The notes beneath the pieces were generated by a model, which searched no databases, was not told the DNA's origin, and saw only the letters and a program-made list of their open reading frames with translations. Positions 9,381 to 19,122 of a stretch of 38,974 nucleotides of DNA are shown here, piece after piece. Positions within the stretch are counted from its first letter, which is position 1. The number at the start of each line of letters is the position of its first letter. Position numbers and translations under genes: made by a program. This stretch comes from Paraglaciecola sp. (GTDB taxonomy: Bacteria > Pseudomonadota > Gammaproteobacteria > Enterobacterales > Alteromonadaceae). Where the stretch lies: positions 1-38,974 of the forward strand of contig JBLHNW010000001.1 of the NCBI GenBank assembly GCA_047622205.1. Reading direction: 5' to 3'.

Positions 9381-10231
9381 TGGTCACCGTCGAACTTGCC
9401 AATGGGACCTATCAAGTCAATATAGTTTTTCCACATTCGATTGCCATTGAAATGGCATTTAACAAGGATCAACCAAACCATTTTGGTGCCGATCTAGCAA
9501 CGGCGACACCGATGCAATCGGGTGGTTTTATTGGAGATACTGAACAAGGTGGCAGTTGCAATGTGAATCAGTTAATTCTGAACCCTCATTGTAACGGAAC
9601 CCATACCGAAACTCTGGCGCATATATGCGATGCCAGTGGTGTTTTGTCACTAAGCATAGCGGACATTGAAATTGCTCCCCTGGTGCCCTGTATGTTGATC
9701 TCAGTCTCTCCTGAACATGGCATGTCGAGTGACGAGTCGTATCGCCCTGATTTGACCGACAGAGATGAAGTTGTCACCCGGAAACAACTTGAAAAAGTAC
9801 TTAGAGATATCGATGACTGTCAGTTAACAAGCCTGGTAATTAGAACGCTTCCAAATGATTTGGGAAAATGTACACGGGTATACAATGAAATGCAGCAACC
9901 TGCGTTTTTAAGCCGGGATGCGGTGTTATATCTGAATGAAAGAGGTGTTGAGCACCTGTTGCTCGATTTACCTTCTATTGACCGACTCCATGATGAAGGG
10001 CTAATGACCTGCCATCATCTGTTTTGGCAGGTGCCCGAAGGCAGCCATCAGGCGGGCCAACACAGCCTGATTAACAAAACCATCACCGAAATGGCTTATA
10101 TTAATAAACAAATTGTCGATGGATTTTATTTTCTCAATCTACAAATGCCCGCTTTCATAAATGATGCTGCGCCTAGTCGTCCAGTGCTCTACTCAGCACA
10201 ACGTGTCAATGAGCAACCTTTAAAAACTTAG
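9380..10231 (+). CDS. kynB: Cyclase-family metallohydrolase, probable kynurenine formamidase
   Basis: NPHCNGTHTE metal motif, LVIRTLPN, HLLLDLPSIDR, ITEM, DAAPSRP; ATG overlaps the ACMSD stop (TAATG). Function inferred from context. Confidence 0.75.
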   Translation: MVTVELANGTYQVNIVFPHSIAIEMAFNKDQPNHFGADLATATPMQSGGFIGDTEQGGSCNVNQLILNPHCNGTHTETLAHICDASGVLSLSIADIEIAPLVPCMLISVSPEHGMSSDESYRPDLTDRDEVVTRKQLEKVLRDIDDCQLTSLVIRTLPNDLGKCTRVYNEMQQPAFLSRDAVLYLNERGVEHLLLDLPSIDRLHDEGLMTCHHLFWQVPEGSHQAGQHSLINKTITEMAYINKQIVDGFYFLNLQMPAFINDAAPSRPVLYSAQRVNEQPLKT

Positions 10232-10237
10232 CAAAAG

Positions 10238-11545
10238 ATGGAAACTATGAATTTTGATACTTCCCTACAATACGCGCAAAAACTGGATGCTACAGATCCT
10301 TTAGCGTCAATGCGCGAACACTTTTCAATTCCCAAACAAGCCAATGGTGAAGACGAATACTATTTCACCGGTAATTCATTGGGCCTGCAACCAAGGTTAG
10401 CCAGAGAAGCGGTAATTGAGTTGTTGGATGCCTGGCAACTGCGCGGCGTCAAAGGCCACTTTGAAGGAGAATACCCGTGGATGCCTTACCATGAATTTGT
10501 CTCTGAACAGGCGGCAAATCTGGTAGGAGCTAAACCAGAAGAAGTGGTAATGATGAATTCTTTGACGACAAATCTGCATCTGATGATGGTGAGTTTTTAC
10601 CAGCCAAAAGGAAAACGCAGTAAAATTCTGATTGAAGATCATGCGTTTCCGTCGGATCACTATGCTGTTGAGTCGCAGTTGAAACATCACAATCAATCTG
10701 TTGAAGACAACTTGTTGTTATGGACGCCTCGCAGCGGTGAAGAACTGCTTAATTATGACGACTTGTTCGACATGATCGAACAACAGGGTGATGAGATAGC
10801 CTTGATCCTGCTACCTGGGGTTCAGTATTACACGGGTCAGGTTTTGGACATGCAGCGCATAACCCAACAGGCTCACGCAAAAGGGATCATCGTCGGCTTT
10901 GATCTGGCTCATGCTGCGGGCAATGTGGAACTTGCCTTACATGACTGGCAGGTAGATTTTGCCTGCTGGTGTAGTTACAAGTACCTGAATAGTGGTGCGG
11001 GATCTGTGGCAGGCTGTTTTGTCCATCAAAGACACACCCAAAACCCAGAGTTAAATCGCTTCGCCGGTTGGTGGGGACACGACAAATCCACGCGTTTTAA
11101 AATGGAGAATAACTTTAAGCCTATTCCCACTGCCGAAGGTTGGCAGCTATCCAACCCACCGGTTTTGTCGTTAGCTGCAGTGCGGGGTTCATATGACACC
11201 ATTCGTCACGCAGGCGGAATCAGTGCTTTACGTAAAAAATCGCTGTTGTTAACCCAGTATTTAATGGATCTGATAAAGGCCGAATTGGGAGAAAGGATCA
11301 GAGTGATAACACCTGAAGATCCCGCCCAACGTGGCTGCCAGTTATCTCTTATGGTGAACGAACCTGGACTGAACGGTAAAGCTCTGTACGATGATCTTGA
11401 ATCACAGGGTATAACTACAGATTGGCGCGAACCTAATGTTATCAGGGTTGCCCCCGTTCCTTTGTACAACCAATTTCAGGATGCTTATCATTTTGTCAGA
11501 ATTCTGAAGACTTGCTTAAATAAGGAAGCCAATCATGTCAGTTAA
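10238..11545 (+). CDS. kynU: Kynureninase (3-hydroxykynureninase type)
   Basis: YFTGNSLGLQP, MNSLTTNLH, AFPSDHYA, FDLAHAAGN, PLP-Lys WCSYKYLN, GWWGH, WQLSNPP, RVAPVPLYN. Confidence 0.96.
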   Translation: METMNFDTSLQYAQKLDATDPLASMREHFSIPKQANGEDEYYFTGNSLGLQPRLAREAVIELLDAWQLRGVKGHFEGEYPWMPYHEFVSEQAANLVGAKPEEVVMMNSLTTNLHLMMVSFYQPKGKRSKILIEDHAFPSDHYAVESQLKHHNQSVEDNLLLWTPRSGEELLNYDDLFDMIEQQGDEIALILLPGVQYYTGQVLDMQRITQQAHAKGIIVGFDLAHAAGNVELALHDWQVDFACWCSYKYLNSGAGSVAGCFVHQRHTQNPELNRFAGWWGHDKSTRFKMENNFKPIPTAEGWQLSNPPVLSLAAVRGSYDTIRHAGGISALRKKSLLLTQYLMDLIKAELGERIRVITPEDPAQRGCQLSLMVNEPGLNGKALYDDLESQGITTDWREPNVIRVAPVPLYNQFQDAYHFVRILKTCLNKEANHVS

Positions 11546-12902
11546 TCAAAAACCTGCAACGATCACTCTAGCAGGAGGAGGCCTTGTTGGCTCGCTGCTG
11601 TCACTAATACTGGCGAAAAAAGGCTATCAGGTAGAGGTGTTTGAATCTCGCCCAGATATGCGAAGAGTCGACATTTCGGCAGGGCGTTCGATAAATTTGG
11701 CTTTGGCTAACCGCGGTATCAAACCCCTTGAAGAACTGGGCTTGATGCCCAAAATCAATGAAATGCTCATTCCTATGGTTGGCCGCATGGTTCATGTGGA
11801 GGGTGAGCCCGCTAAGTTACAGCCTTACGGCCAGCAAAAGCACGAAGTGATTTATTCCATTCCCCGTGGCCAACTCAACAGTTTTTTACTAACAGAGGCT
11901 GAAAAAACTGGTCTGGTTAACATTAATTTTGACACTAAAATTACCGCTGTTGATCTCAATACGAATCAACTAATGGTAACCCACCGCGATCAGACTAAGA
12001 CAGTAACGTTTAGTAAAATTATTGGCACTGATGGCGCTAATTCTGTGTTGCGTGATGCCGTTCTGGGCGGCAATAAAGACCAACAACTCAGTGTTGACGT
12101 CCTTGATCACAGCTACAAAGAATTACACATTTCTCCTGGTAAGCAGGGACAACATAAAATTGAAAAAAACGCCCTGCATATCTGGCCAAGGGGCAACTTC
12201 ATGCTCATTGCTCTGCCTAATCTCGACGGCAGTTTTACCGTTACTTTGTTTATGCACAGCAAAGGGGAAAATAGTTTCGCAACAGTTAATGATGATGCTT
12301 CAATTAATGCATTTTTTGACCAGTACTTCGCCAATATCAAACCCGATCTAGAAAACCTGGTAGGCTCTTATACAGCTAATCCAACAGGTCGTCTGGCAAC
12401 GATAAAATGTGCTCCCTGGAATTATGCCGACAAAGGGCTGATTATTGGTGATGCGGCTCACGCCATTGTTCCGTTCCATGGACAAGGCATGAATTGTGGG
12501 TTTGAAGATTGCCAGTCGATTGCGGAGTTGGTCCCAGATGCAAAACATGCAGAAACTGCGAATTGGCAGAAAATATTTGCCGATATTGCAAATCTGCGTA
12601 AACCCAACGCGGATGCCATAGCCGATATGGCACTTGAAAACTATATTGAAATGCGCGACAGCGTCATCCAACCCTCTTTCCTGAAGAAAAAAGCCTTCGC
12701 TTTTAAACTCCAGCAATTGTTTCCAGAACGATTTACTCCTCGATATGGGATGGTAATGTTTGAACATCGCCCCTATCACGAGGCGTTTGAGCTTGGGAAA
12801 ATACATGAGCAGTTGTTACAAGAACTCAGTGATTCACATGCATCGATTGAGGAACTGTCGCAACAAACGGCTGATACACTATTAAGCAAGTATGGATTAT
12901 AG
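11535..12902 (+). CDS. kmo: Kynurenine 3-monooxygenase
   Basis: GGGLVG, AGRSINLALANRG, GTDGANS, HSYKEL, LHIWPRG, IALPNLDGSFTVTLF, GDAAHAIVPFHGQGMNCGFED, NYIEMRD. Confidence 0.95.
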   Translation: MSVNQKPATITLAGGGLVGSLLSLILAKKGYQVEVFESRPDMRRVDISAGRSINLALANRGIKPLEELGLMPKINEMLIPMVGRMVHVEGEPAKLQPYGQQKHEVIYSIPRGQLNSFLLTEAEKTGLVNINFDTKITAVDLNTNQLMVTHRDQTKTVTFSKIIGTDGANSVLRDAVLGGNKDQQLSVDVLDHSYKELHISPGKQGQHKIEKNALHIWPRGNFMLIALPNLDGSFTVTLFMHSKGENSFATVNDDASINAFFDQYFANIKPDLENLVGSYTANPTGRLATIKCAPWNYADKGLIIGDAAHAIVPFHGQGMNCGFEDCQSIAELVPDAKHAETANWQKIFADIANLRKPNADAIADMALENYIEMRDSVIQPSFLKKKAFAFKLQQLFPERFTPRYGMVMFEHRPYHEAFELGKIHEQLLQELSDSHASIEELSQQTADTLLSKYGL

Positions 12903-12911
12903 GAGCGAAAC

Positions 12912-13760
12912 ATGTCTGATAAAAAAGCAGAAAATTACCGCAATATTGAAAAAGCTATCCATACCGATTTCAAACAAGATATGTCGTATGCAGATTACCT
13001 ACAATTAGATAAAGTGCTGTCCGCCCAGACACCACAATCTGGCCAACACGACGAAATGTTATTCATAATTATCCATCAAAGCAGTGAGTTGTGGCTTAAA
13101 CTTGCGGTACACGAAGTGAGCAGGGCACTGTCATGTATCCAACAGGAGGATTTTGGACCGGCGTTTAAAGTTATCTCCCGGGTTAAGCATATATTTATAC
13201 AACTTACGCAATCTTGGCAGATCCTTTCTACTCTGACGCCAAGTGATTATCTGAAATTTCGCGATGACCTTGGACACTCATCAGGTTTTCAATCTCATAG
13301 TTATCGCAAACTCGAATTTTTACTAGGTAACAAAAATGCCAACATGCTAAAAGTGCACGCTCATGATGCTGCCGTTTTTAAAGATCTCAGCGACACCCTA
13401 AATCAAAAGAGCATATACGATGAGGCCATTCACTTGTTAGCTAAACAGGGTTTTAACATCGACAACGAAGTGCTAAACCGTGATGTTACGCAACCCTACC
13501 AGGCTAATAAATCGGTACTAGAAGCATGGGTCACTGTGTATAAAGAATGCGATAAATACTTTGAGTTGTATGAATTAGCAGAGAAATTAGTCGATATCGA
13601 AGACGCATTTCAACAATGGCGTTTCAAACATATGTACACCGTGCAACGGATCATAGGCAATAAACAAGGTACTGGCGGCTCTTCTGGTGTTGGGTTTCTC
13701 AAAAAAGCCTTAGAAATGAGCTTTTTCCCTGAACTGTTTGACGTCAGAACGCATTTATAA
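12912..13760 (+). CDS. kynA: Tryptophan 2,3-dioxygenase
   Basis: YADYLQLD, HDEMLFIIIHQSSELW, SSGFQS, WRFKH, GTGGSSG, FFPELF; AGGAG RBS. Confidence 0.96.
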   Translation: MSDKKAENYRNIEKAIHTDFKQDMSYADYLQLDKVLSAQTPQSGQHDEMLFIIIHQSSELWLKLAVHEVSRALSCIQQEDFGPAFKVISRVKHIFIQLTQSWQILSTLTPSDYLKFRDDLGHSSGFQSHSYRKLEFLLGNKNANMLKVHAHDAAVFKDLSDTLNQKSIYDEAIHLLAKQGFNIDNEVLNRDVTQPYQANKSVLEAWVTVYKECDKYFELYELAEKLVDIEDAFQQWRFKHMYTVQRIIGNKQGTGGSSGVGFLKKALEMSFFPELFDVRTHL

Positions 13761-14024
13761 TGATATTTATTCCACATACTAAATGGAATTGCCTAGATTG
13801 GTTGATCACTTGCTAAAGTTCGGCCATTTTCTTCTCAAAAGAAACTGCTTTATGAGCGGGCTGAAACGGAGTCATAACGGCAATGTTTTATGCAGGCGCA
13901 TGCAGTGGGGGGATCAGGGAGCTTTGAGAATGTTGAAGTAACTGGCGTGAATTACAGGGTTTGACTCACCTTGCGATAAGGTTATTTCAGAAATCAGCTT
14001 CCACTTCGATGACTTAGTACGAAA

Positions 14025-14101
14025 TGGTGCACCCGGCGCGATTCGAACGCGCGACCTTCGCCTCCGGAGGGCGACGCTCTATCCAGCTGAGCTACGGGTG
14101 C
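14025..14101 (-). tRNA. tRNA-Arg (anticodon CCG)
   Basis: Minus strand reads GCACCCGTAGCTCAGCTGGATAGAGCGTCGCCCTCCGGAGGCGAAGGTCGCGCGTTCGAATCGCGCCGGGTGCACCA: 77 nt cloverleaf, anticodon loop CTCCGGA, encoded CCA. Confidence 0.97.
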
Positions 14102-14140
14102 ATCTTAATAAAAGCGGCGCTTGTTTATGTATAATGAACA

Positions 14141-14180
14141 AGCGAGGGCTGATTCTAAAGAATTACGCTATTTTTTCCAC
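14141..14180 (-). promoter_or_regulatory. Probable stable-RNA promoter for tRNA-Arg
   Basis: Minus-strand TAGAAT -10 (14152-14157) followed by a GC-rich discriminator CAGCCCTCGC; weak -35. Confidence 0.45.
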
Positions 14181-14218
14181 TGTTATTTGGTTTTATCTGG
14201 ATAACGATGGTATTTATC

Positions 14219-15391
14219 TCAACTTTGCTGCGCAATGCTTTGTTTATAAAGTTGCAGAGCTTGATGTTCTTGTTGCTGAGATTCTTTAATTGCGGCCATT
14301 AATAACAAATCTTGTTGCTGGTTACCGAGTTTTATTGCTTTTCCAAGCGCTTTTTCAGCGAGACCAAAATCCTTAGCGTGGTGGGCCAAATGTCCCAAAA
14401 TTGATAGTAACTCCACGTTCATATCGTCTTGCTTCAACCAGTTTTCGAGTTTCTTAATCGCTGCCGAAGGGTTGGGCAGTTTGATTTGTCTGAATAAAGG
14501 AACAAGCAAAGGATGTGGCCCGTCTTTTTGATATTCCACCAATGACTGCTCGGCATCGCTATACATGCCCTGATCAATTAGCTGTTGAACGTAGGCGGCT
14601 TGTTGAGCTGGATCTTTACGGGTAGCGCGGGGCAATGAGAGCCAATTCTGTTTGAGTTGCGAGGCGCCTTCTTTACTGGCAATTTCTGCAAAACTGCCTT
14701 TCGATGCCTGCTGCATAATGGGCTCATAATCCGCACCAAGGGCTTTTTTCCAGCCCTTTAATTTGTCTTTCAGTTCTTGCCATTTACCTGCCTGACCTAA
14801 GGCCTGAGCCCATAACCTCAAAACGTTTGGCTGGTTTTGATGTTTCACGTCAAGCAGGTTAATCAAACCTAATGCTTCGCTCGGTTTATGTTGCTGCAGG
14901 TGATCGCGGATTAAGCATAAGTTTGCCGCTAGAGCTGATTTCTCATAGGTTGCGGCCAAACGCCAGCTTTCTCTGGCACGCTCTGGTTCGCCTAATTGTA
15001 TTTCTGCCTCTGCTGCAGCTAATAAATTAAGCCCGTCAAAATCATCATTTTCAATTATTACGAGCTGTTTACGGGCTTCTAAAAAGTTACATTCAGCCAG
15101 GGCTAACAGGCCATTTGTGAAAGCTTTTTGTTTCTTGCGCTGGCCCCAGGTGCCTAACCAATTCTTTGACCCTGATGCAGCATTAATACTGACCTTAAGG
15201 AGCCAATTAAAGAGCATTAGCCCAGTAAATACCAGGATAAAGGATATGGCTAAAGACATCACATTCATTTCAACTGCCCAGCCGCTGAATTCTACGAAGA
15301 CGTAGCCTTTGTCGTCAAATATCATGGCCCCGACTAGCAGAAATATCAGTAATAAAACAAATACGAAAAAAATTCTTACCAAGCTGCTCAT
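14219..15391 (-). CDS. hemY: HemY-like TPR membrane protein
   Basis: Two N-terminal TMs with GYVFV, GLLALAECNF, TPR-like helices; last gene of hemCDXY. Start 15391 chosen from GGAGA spacing. Confidence 0.88.
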   Translation of the reverse strand: MSSLVRIFFVFVLLLIFLLVGAMIFDDKGYVFVEFSGWAVEMNVMSLAISFILVFTGLMLFNWLLKVSINAASGSKNWLGTWGQRKKQKAFTNGLLALAECNFLEARKQLVIIENDDFDGLNLLAAAEAEIQLGEPERARESWRLAATYEKSALAANLCLIRDHLQQHKPSEALGLINLLDVKHQNQPNVLRLWAQALGQAGKWQELKDKLKGWKKALGADYEPIMQQASKGSFAEIASKEGASQLKQNWLSLPRATRKDPAQQAAYVQQLIDQGMYSDAEQSLVEYQKDGPHPLLVPLFRQIKLPNPSAAIKKLENWLKQDDMNVELLSILGHLAHHAKDFGLAEKALGKAIKLGNQQQDLLLMAAIKESQQQEHQALQLYKQSIAQQS

Positions 15392-15393
15392 GA

Positions 15394-16686
15394 TCATTGA
15401 TCTCCGTTAGTAAAACGGTTGTTTAGACGATCATCAATTAAATCTTTCAAAGGATTTGTCACCATGAAACGATCAGGATAAACCCGCTGTACGTCAGAAT
15501 TTAGCAATCCAGTAAGGCTGCTATTAAATCGTGTTACTGCTTCATTTTGGGTGTCAAAATACTCAGCCAATATGTTCAAGGCAGATTGCATGCTTGCTTT
15601 ATACAAAGCAGCGTCTTCTTTTAATATAGCAATTTGAGCGGTCATTAGAGTGAATTTCAACTGCTCTTTAGATAACCATTGTTGTTGTTCTGACATAAAG
15701 GGCTTTATTTCTGCGCTGATTTTTTTGTAACTGAAAAAGTCCTTAGTTACTTCTGTCAGATTATTAGACAAATTCGTGCGCCAATCATCAAGGGATTCAC
15801 TTACTTCGCCAATTGGCTGGTCGTTTTCAGGGCGTTTAAAAAAGGCCAGTATCAGACTATCAACTTGGGGGACCAAACCACTAATTGATAAAGCGATTGA
15901 GCTATAGGAAACAGAGTTGATCTGTTGCACGGTCTGAATATCAACTGCTAATTGTTGGCGAATGGGCAGGAGACTTGGATCATCCAAATCCTGCAAGCGA
16001 CTGTCCGCTGACTGCAGCATAAATATGGCGGTTTTTTCGTCATGCTCAAGCCATAACTTTCTTCCGGCCATACGCACAAGGTAATCCGCTTCAGCTAACA
16101 ACCAATCGGCAGGCCTTCTGCCTGACACTTCTGATAAGTTACGTTTATTGACGTCAGCTTGCTGGGTGGTTATTTGTACTTGTTCTAACAGGCTTTCAAG
16201 ACTTGACTGAAACGCCTGATCTTGTTTTTCTAGCTCACCTTTCGCCAATTGACTAGCCGTCACGGCCTGCTGAATTATTTGCTGCTGCGAGGTGAAAAAG
16301 CTACCTTGTTCTTGCTTCTGAACCTGTTGCTCTTGTTGTTGCACTTGCCATTGTTGCCAACCCCAATACGCCGCGCCAATAAGTAGAACCAGAAATATTA
16401 GATTGATCAAGGTAACTAGCCATAACAGACCTGTCTTGACCTTTTTCTCGGCATTTCTTTGAATTTTTGAGGGCGTGCTCGACGTGCTTGCAGGCGCAGC
16501 AACGGATTTTGATTTGGGCGGTACTTTTTTGCTTGTAGCGGCAGGGGAAGATTCGCTTAACGCTTTTGCTTTAGGGACAGATTCCCCGGCCAATTTTTTT
16601 TCAGCAGCTTTGTCGTTTAATTGTTTTTCAAGCTCAGCCAATTTTCGCTCATCTGACTTAGTTGAATTGTCCTGATTTTCTGCCAT
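15394..16686 (-). CDS. hemX: HemX-family membrane protein
   Basis: Single TM, coiled coil, DWLLAEADYLVRMAGRKLWLEHD...ADSRL...IRQQLAVDI; synteny; GGAG RBS before ATG 16686. Confidence 0.9.
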   Translation of the reverse strand: MAENQDNSTKSDERKLAELEKQLNDKAAEKKLAGESVPKAKALSESSPAATSKKVPPKSKSVAAPASTSSTPSKIQRNAEKKVKTGLLWLVTLINLIFLVLLIGAAYWGWQQWQVQQQEQQVQKQEQGSFFTSQQQIIQQAVTASQLAKGELEKQDQAFQSSLESLLEQVQITTQQADVNKRNLSEVSGRRPADWLLAEADYLVRMAGRKLWLEHDEKTAIFMLQSADSRLQDLDDPSLLPIRQQLAVDIQTVQQINSVSYSSIALSISGLVPQVDSLILAFFKRPENDQPIGEVSESLDDWRTNLSNNLTEVTKDFFSYKKISAEIKPFMSEQQQWLSKEQLKFTLMTAQIAILKEDAALYKASMQSALNILAEYFDTQNEAVTRFNSSLTGLLNSDVQRVYPDRFMVTNPLKDLIDDRLNNRFTNGDQ

Positions 16687-16704
16687 TTGTTGCTCCAAAA
16701 ATTA

Positions 16705-17454
16705 TTATGCGCGTTCGCTAATGTGTTTCGCGCATCTGATCAGTGCGTCATCACTTGCATCACTACTAATAAAAACTCGGTCTATACCAAGCTTAGCCGC
16801 CATATCTGCGGTGCGCTTGCTTACTACAATCCAACTAACTGTCTGCAGCCAGTTAGAATCAAAATGTTCAAAGGCTGCTTCTATTAACTCACCACTGGTG
16901 GCAATAATGCAATTAATTTGCTCTGCTTGCCAATCTTCTGTGCAATTAGGCGTCGACACGCTTACGCGTTTATATAATTGCCATTGCTCAACCTTTGCCT
17001 GTCGTTGACACAATTGTTCGATTAAATCTTTGCGCCCACCATGACCTTTAATCACGATTATCTTTTTCTGCTGTACCTGATTGAGTTCTGGTAAGGCCAA
17101 TAATCCTTCAGTACTTGCCTGGTCTGGAATGATTGGCTTAAAACCATTGTTCGCTAATATTTGGCCGGTGCTGTTGCCTACTGCAAATATTTTGATTTCA
17201 TCTGGCCACTGATAATTGCCCTGAGTGATAAGCTCTGCAGCGACGGTACTGGTTACAATCAGCATGCTGTCTGGATCTAAGTTGCCAATTTTTATTGCAA
17301 GTTGCGACAGTGCTTGTTGATCGGTTACCGTATCAATTAAGCCCAAACCGACTGTGTTTAATCCCGCTTGTAAAAATCGCTGGCTACTCTTTTGATATTT
17401 TGCTTGTGGTCTTAGTAGCAGAAATTTCACTGGTCCTGATCTGTTTATACTCAT
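16705..17454 (-). CDS. hemD: Uroporphyrinogen-III synthase
   Basis: LLRP, VTSTVA, AVGNSTG, STEGLL, KGHGGR, LYKR, ATSGE, VVSKR; follows hemC. Confidence 0.9.
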   Translation of the reverse strand: MSINRSGPVKFLLLRPQAKYQKSSQRFLQAGLNTVGLGLIDTVTDQQALSQLAIKIGNLDPDSMLIVTSTVAAELITQGNYQWPDEIKIFAVGNSTGQILANNGFKPIIPDQASTEGLLALPELNQVQQKKIIVIKGHGGRKDLIEQLCQRQAKVEQWQLYKRVSVSTPNCTEDWQAEQINCIIATSGELIEAAFEHFDSNWLQTVSWIVVSKRTADMAAKLGIDRVFISSDASDDALIRCAKHISERA

Positions 17455-17473
17455 GTCACCTCATAATGCGTCA

Positions 17474-18412
17474 TTATGATGTAGCAGGGGTATATAATGC
17501 ACTGAGTATTGCACCTGCTCCTTGTTCGAGGAGTTGTTCTGCTACTAAAACTCCAATAGCTTCAGCATCCTTTATGTGACCGCTATGTTGAGCATGAATA
17601 AGTTTGCTACCGTCTGGCGAACCTACCATTCCACGCAGTACAAGCTGTTCGCCATCGAGCTCAGCAAAACTCCCGATAGGCACCTGACAACCCCCGTTTA
17701 ATTTGGCATTGAGGGCGCGCTCGGCTATGACTCTAATATAAGTTTCAGTATGGTTTAAAGGAGTTAATAATGCGACCAACTCAAGGTCATCACTACGACA
17801 TTCTATTCCTACAGCACCTTGACCTACTGCGGGTAGTGAAAATTCAGGTTCGAGGTAATCTTTGATTCGAGAGTGCATATTAAGGCGAATTAAACCCGCA
17901 GCGGCGAGGATGATCGCATCATATAAGCCATCATCTAGTTTCCCTAAACGAGTGTTAACATTACCGCGCAAATCGCGGATCTCAAGATCCGGACGAGCAC
18001 TGCGAATCTGACATTGACGGCGTAGGCTGGATGTTCCAACTATGGCTCCTTGAGGCAATGCGTCAATGTTGTCATAGGTGTTAGAGACAAATGCATCGAA
18101 GGGATTTTCCCGTTCACAGATCGCGTGCAGAGCAAAACCGGCTGGAAAATCAACCGGAACATCTTTCATAGAATGCACGGCAATGTCGGCTCTTCCTTCG
18201 CTCATGGCCACTTCAAGTTCCTTAATAAAGAGACCCTTACCACCAATTTTTGCCAATGGAGTATCGAGAATTTTATCACCCTGTGTACTCATAGGAACTA
18301 ACTCGACGGAGATATCTGGATGAGCAAGGAGTAATTTAGTTTTCACATATTCGGCCTGCCACAAGGCTAAAGCGCTCTTGCGGGTTGCGATACGAATGAC
18401 CCGATCTGACAT
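17474..18412 (-). CDS. hemC: Porphobilinogen deaminase
   Basis: [57 protein letters not shown]. Confidence 0.98.
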   Translation of the reverse strand: MSDRVIRIATRKSALALWQAEYVKTKLLLAHPDISVELVPMSTQGDKILDTPLAKIGGKGLFIKELEVAMSEGRADIAVHSMKDVPVDFPAGFALHAICERENPFDAFVSNTYDNIDALPQGAIVGTSSLRRQCQIRSARPDLEIRDLRGNVNTRLGKLDDGLYDAIILAAAGLIRLNMHSRIKDYLEPEFSLPAVGQGAVGIECRSDDLELVALLTPLNHTETYIRVIAERALNAKLNGGCQVPIGSFAELDGEQLVLRGMVGSPDGSKLIHAQHSGHIKDAEAIGVLVAEQLLEQGAGAILSALYTPATS

Positions 18413-18521
18413 TACATTTCCAATATTAATTTACCAAAACTAAGTGAGTTAATGTTATCAGAAAAATGCTTTGATATTGCATGTCTACGCCTGAAAAAGC
18501 AGACTAAATTCGCCAATATTG

Positions 18522-19010
18522 TTAAACGTTTATTTCGAATAAAGGCAAGTTGCGTCCGGGAATACTGTGGGAGGCCAACTGTCCGATTAATTTTCCACCG
18601 TTGCGCTGGTAAAATTCAGTGGCATTGGGGTCCCCCTGGATCAGTAATTTTTCGGCGCCACGTTGTTTTAGGGTGTGGAGCGCATCGCTTAACAACATTT
18701 TTCCTATTCCAAGGCCAATAGAAGCAGGTTCGACAAATAAGGCTTCTAGTTCAGTTGTGCTATTCTCGCAAAGATTCAGCCCGTAAAAGCCCACTATTTG
18801 TGTATTATTTTCGGCGACCGCGAAATAAAATCGGGGAGAGCTAAGTTGCTCTGGGGTGTAACTCAACTCCACGGTACATTGGCGCAAAAACTCTTGATCA
18901 TAGCCCCAATGCCCTTTGGATCGCAGCGCCAGTTGACTGATTAGTTGTGCCTCGCTGCTATAAGCTTGGCGAATGAATGTTGAGTTTTCAGATGGGCTAA
19001 TGTTGGGCAT
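18522..19010 (-). CDS. GNAT-family acetyltransferase
   Basis: RSKGHWGY, LEALFVEP, GLGIGKML acetyl-CoA motif, DPNATEFY. Confidence 0.88.
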   Translation of the reverse strand: MPNISPSENSTFIRQAYSSEAQLISQLALRSKGHWGYDQEFLRQCTVELSYTPEQLSSPRFYFAVAENNTQIVGFYGLNLCENSTTELEALFVEPASIGLGIGKMLLSDALHTLKQRGAEKLLIQGDPNATEFYQRNGGKLIGQLASHSIPGRNLPLFEINV

Positions 19011-19122
19011 ATCTTACTCGTTGAAAGTGACCACGATATCGCGGTTAATTTATTTACACGAGACTCAATGTTAGCATGGGTATAGCGTGACGACAGGGGG
19101 CTGTCGCCAACTATTTTGATCC

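Noticed and set aside
14098-14289. 63-aa ORF
   Set aside because: Overlaps the tRNA, its promoter and the hemY end on the opposite strand.
16260-16686. Gln-rich and Ser/Ala/Lys/Pro-rich stretches in hemX
   Set aside because: Ordinary low-complexity linker and coiled coil for HemX; no DNA tandem repeat.
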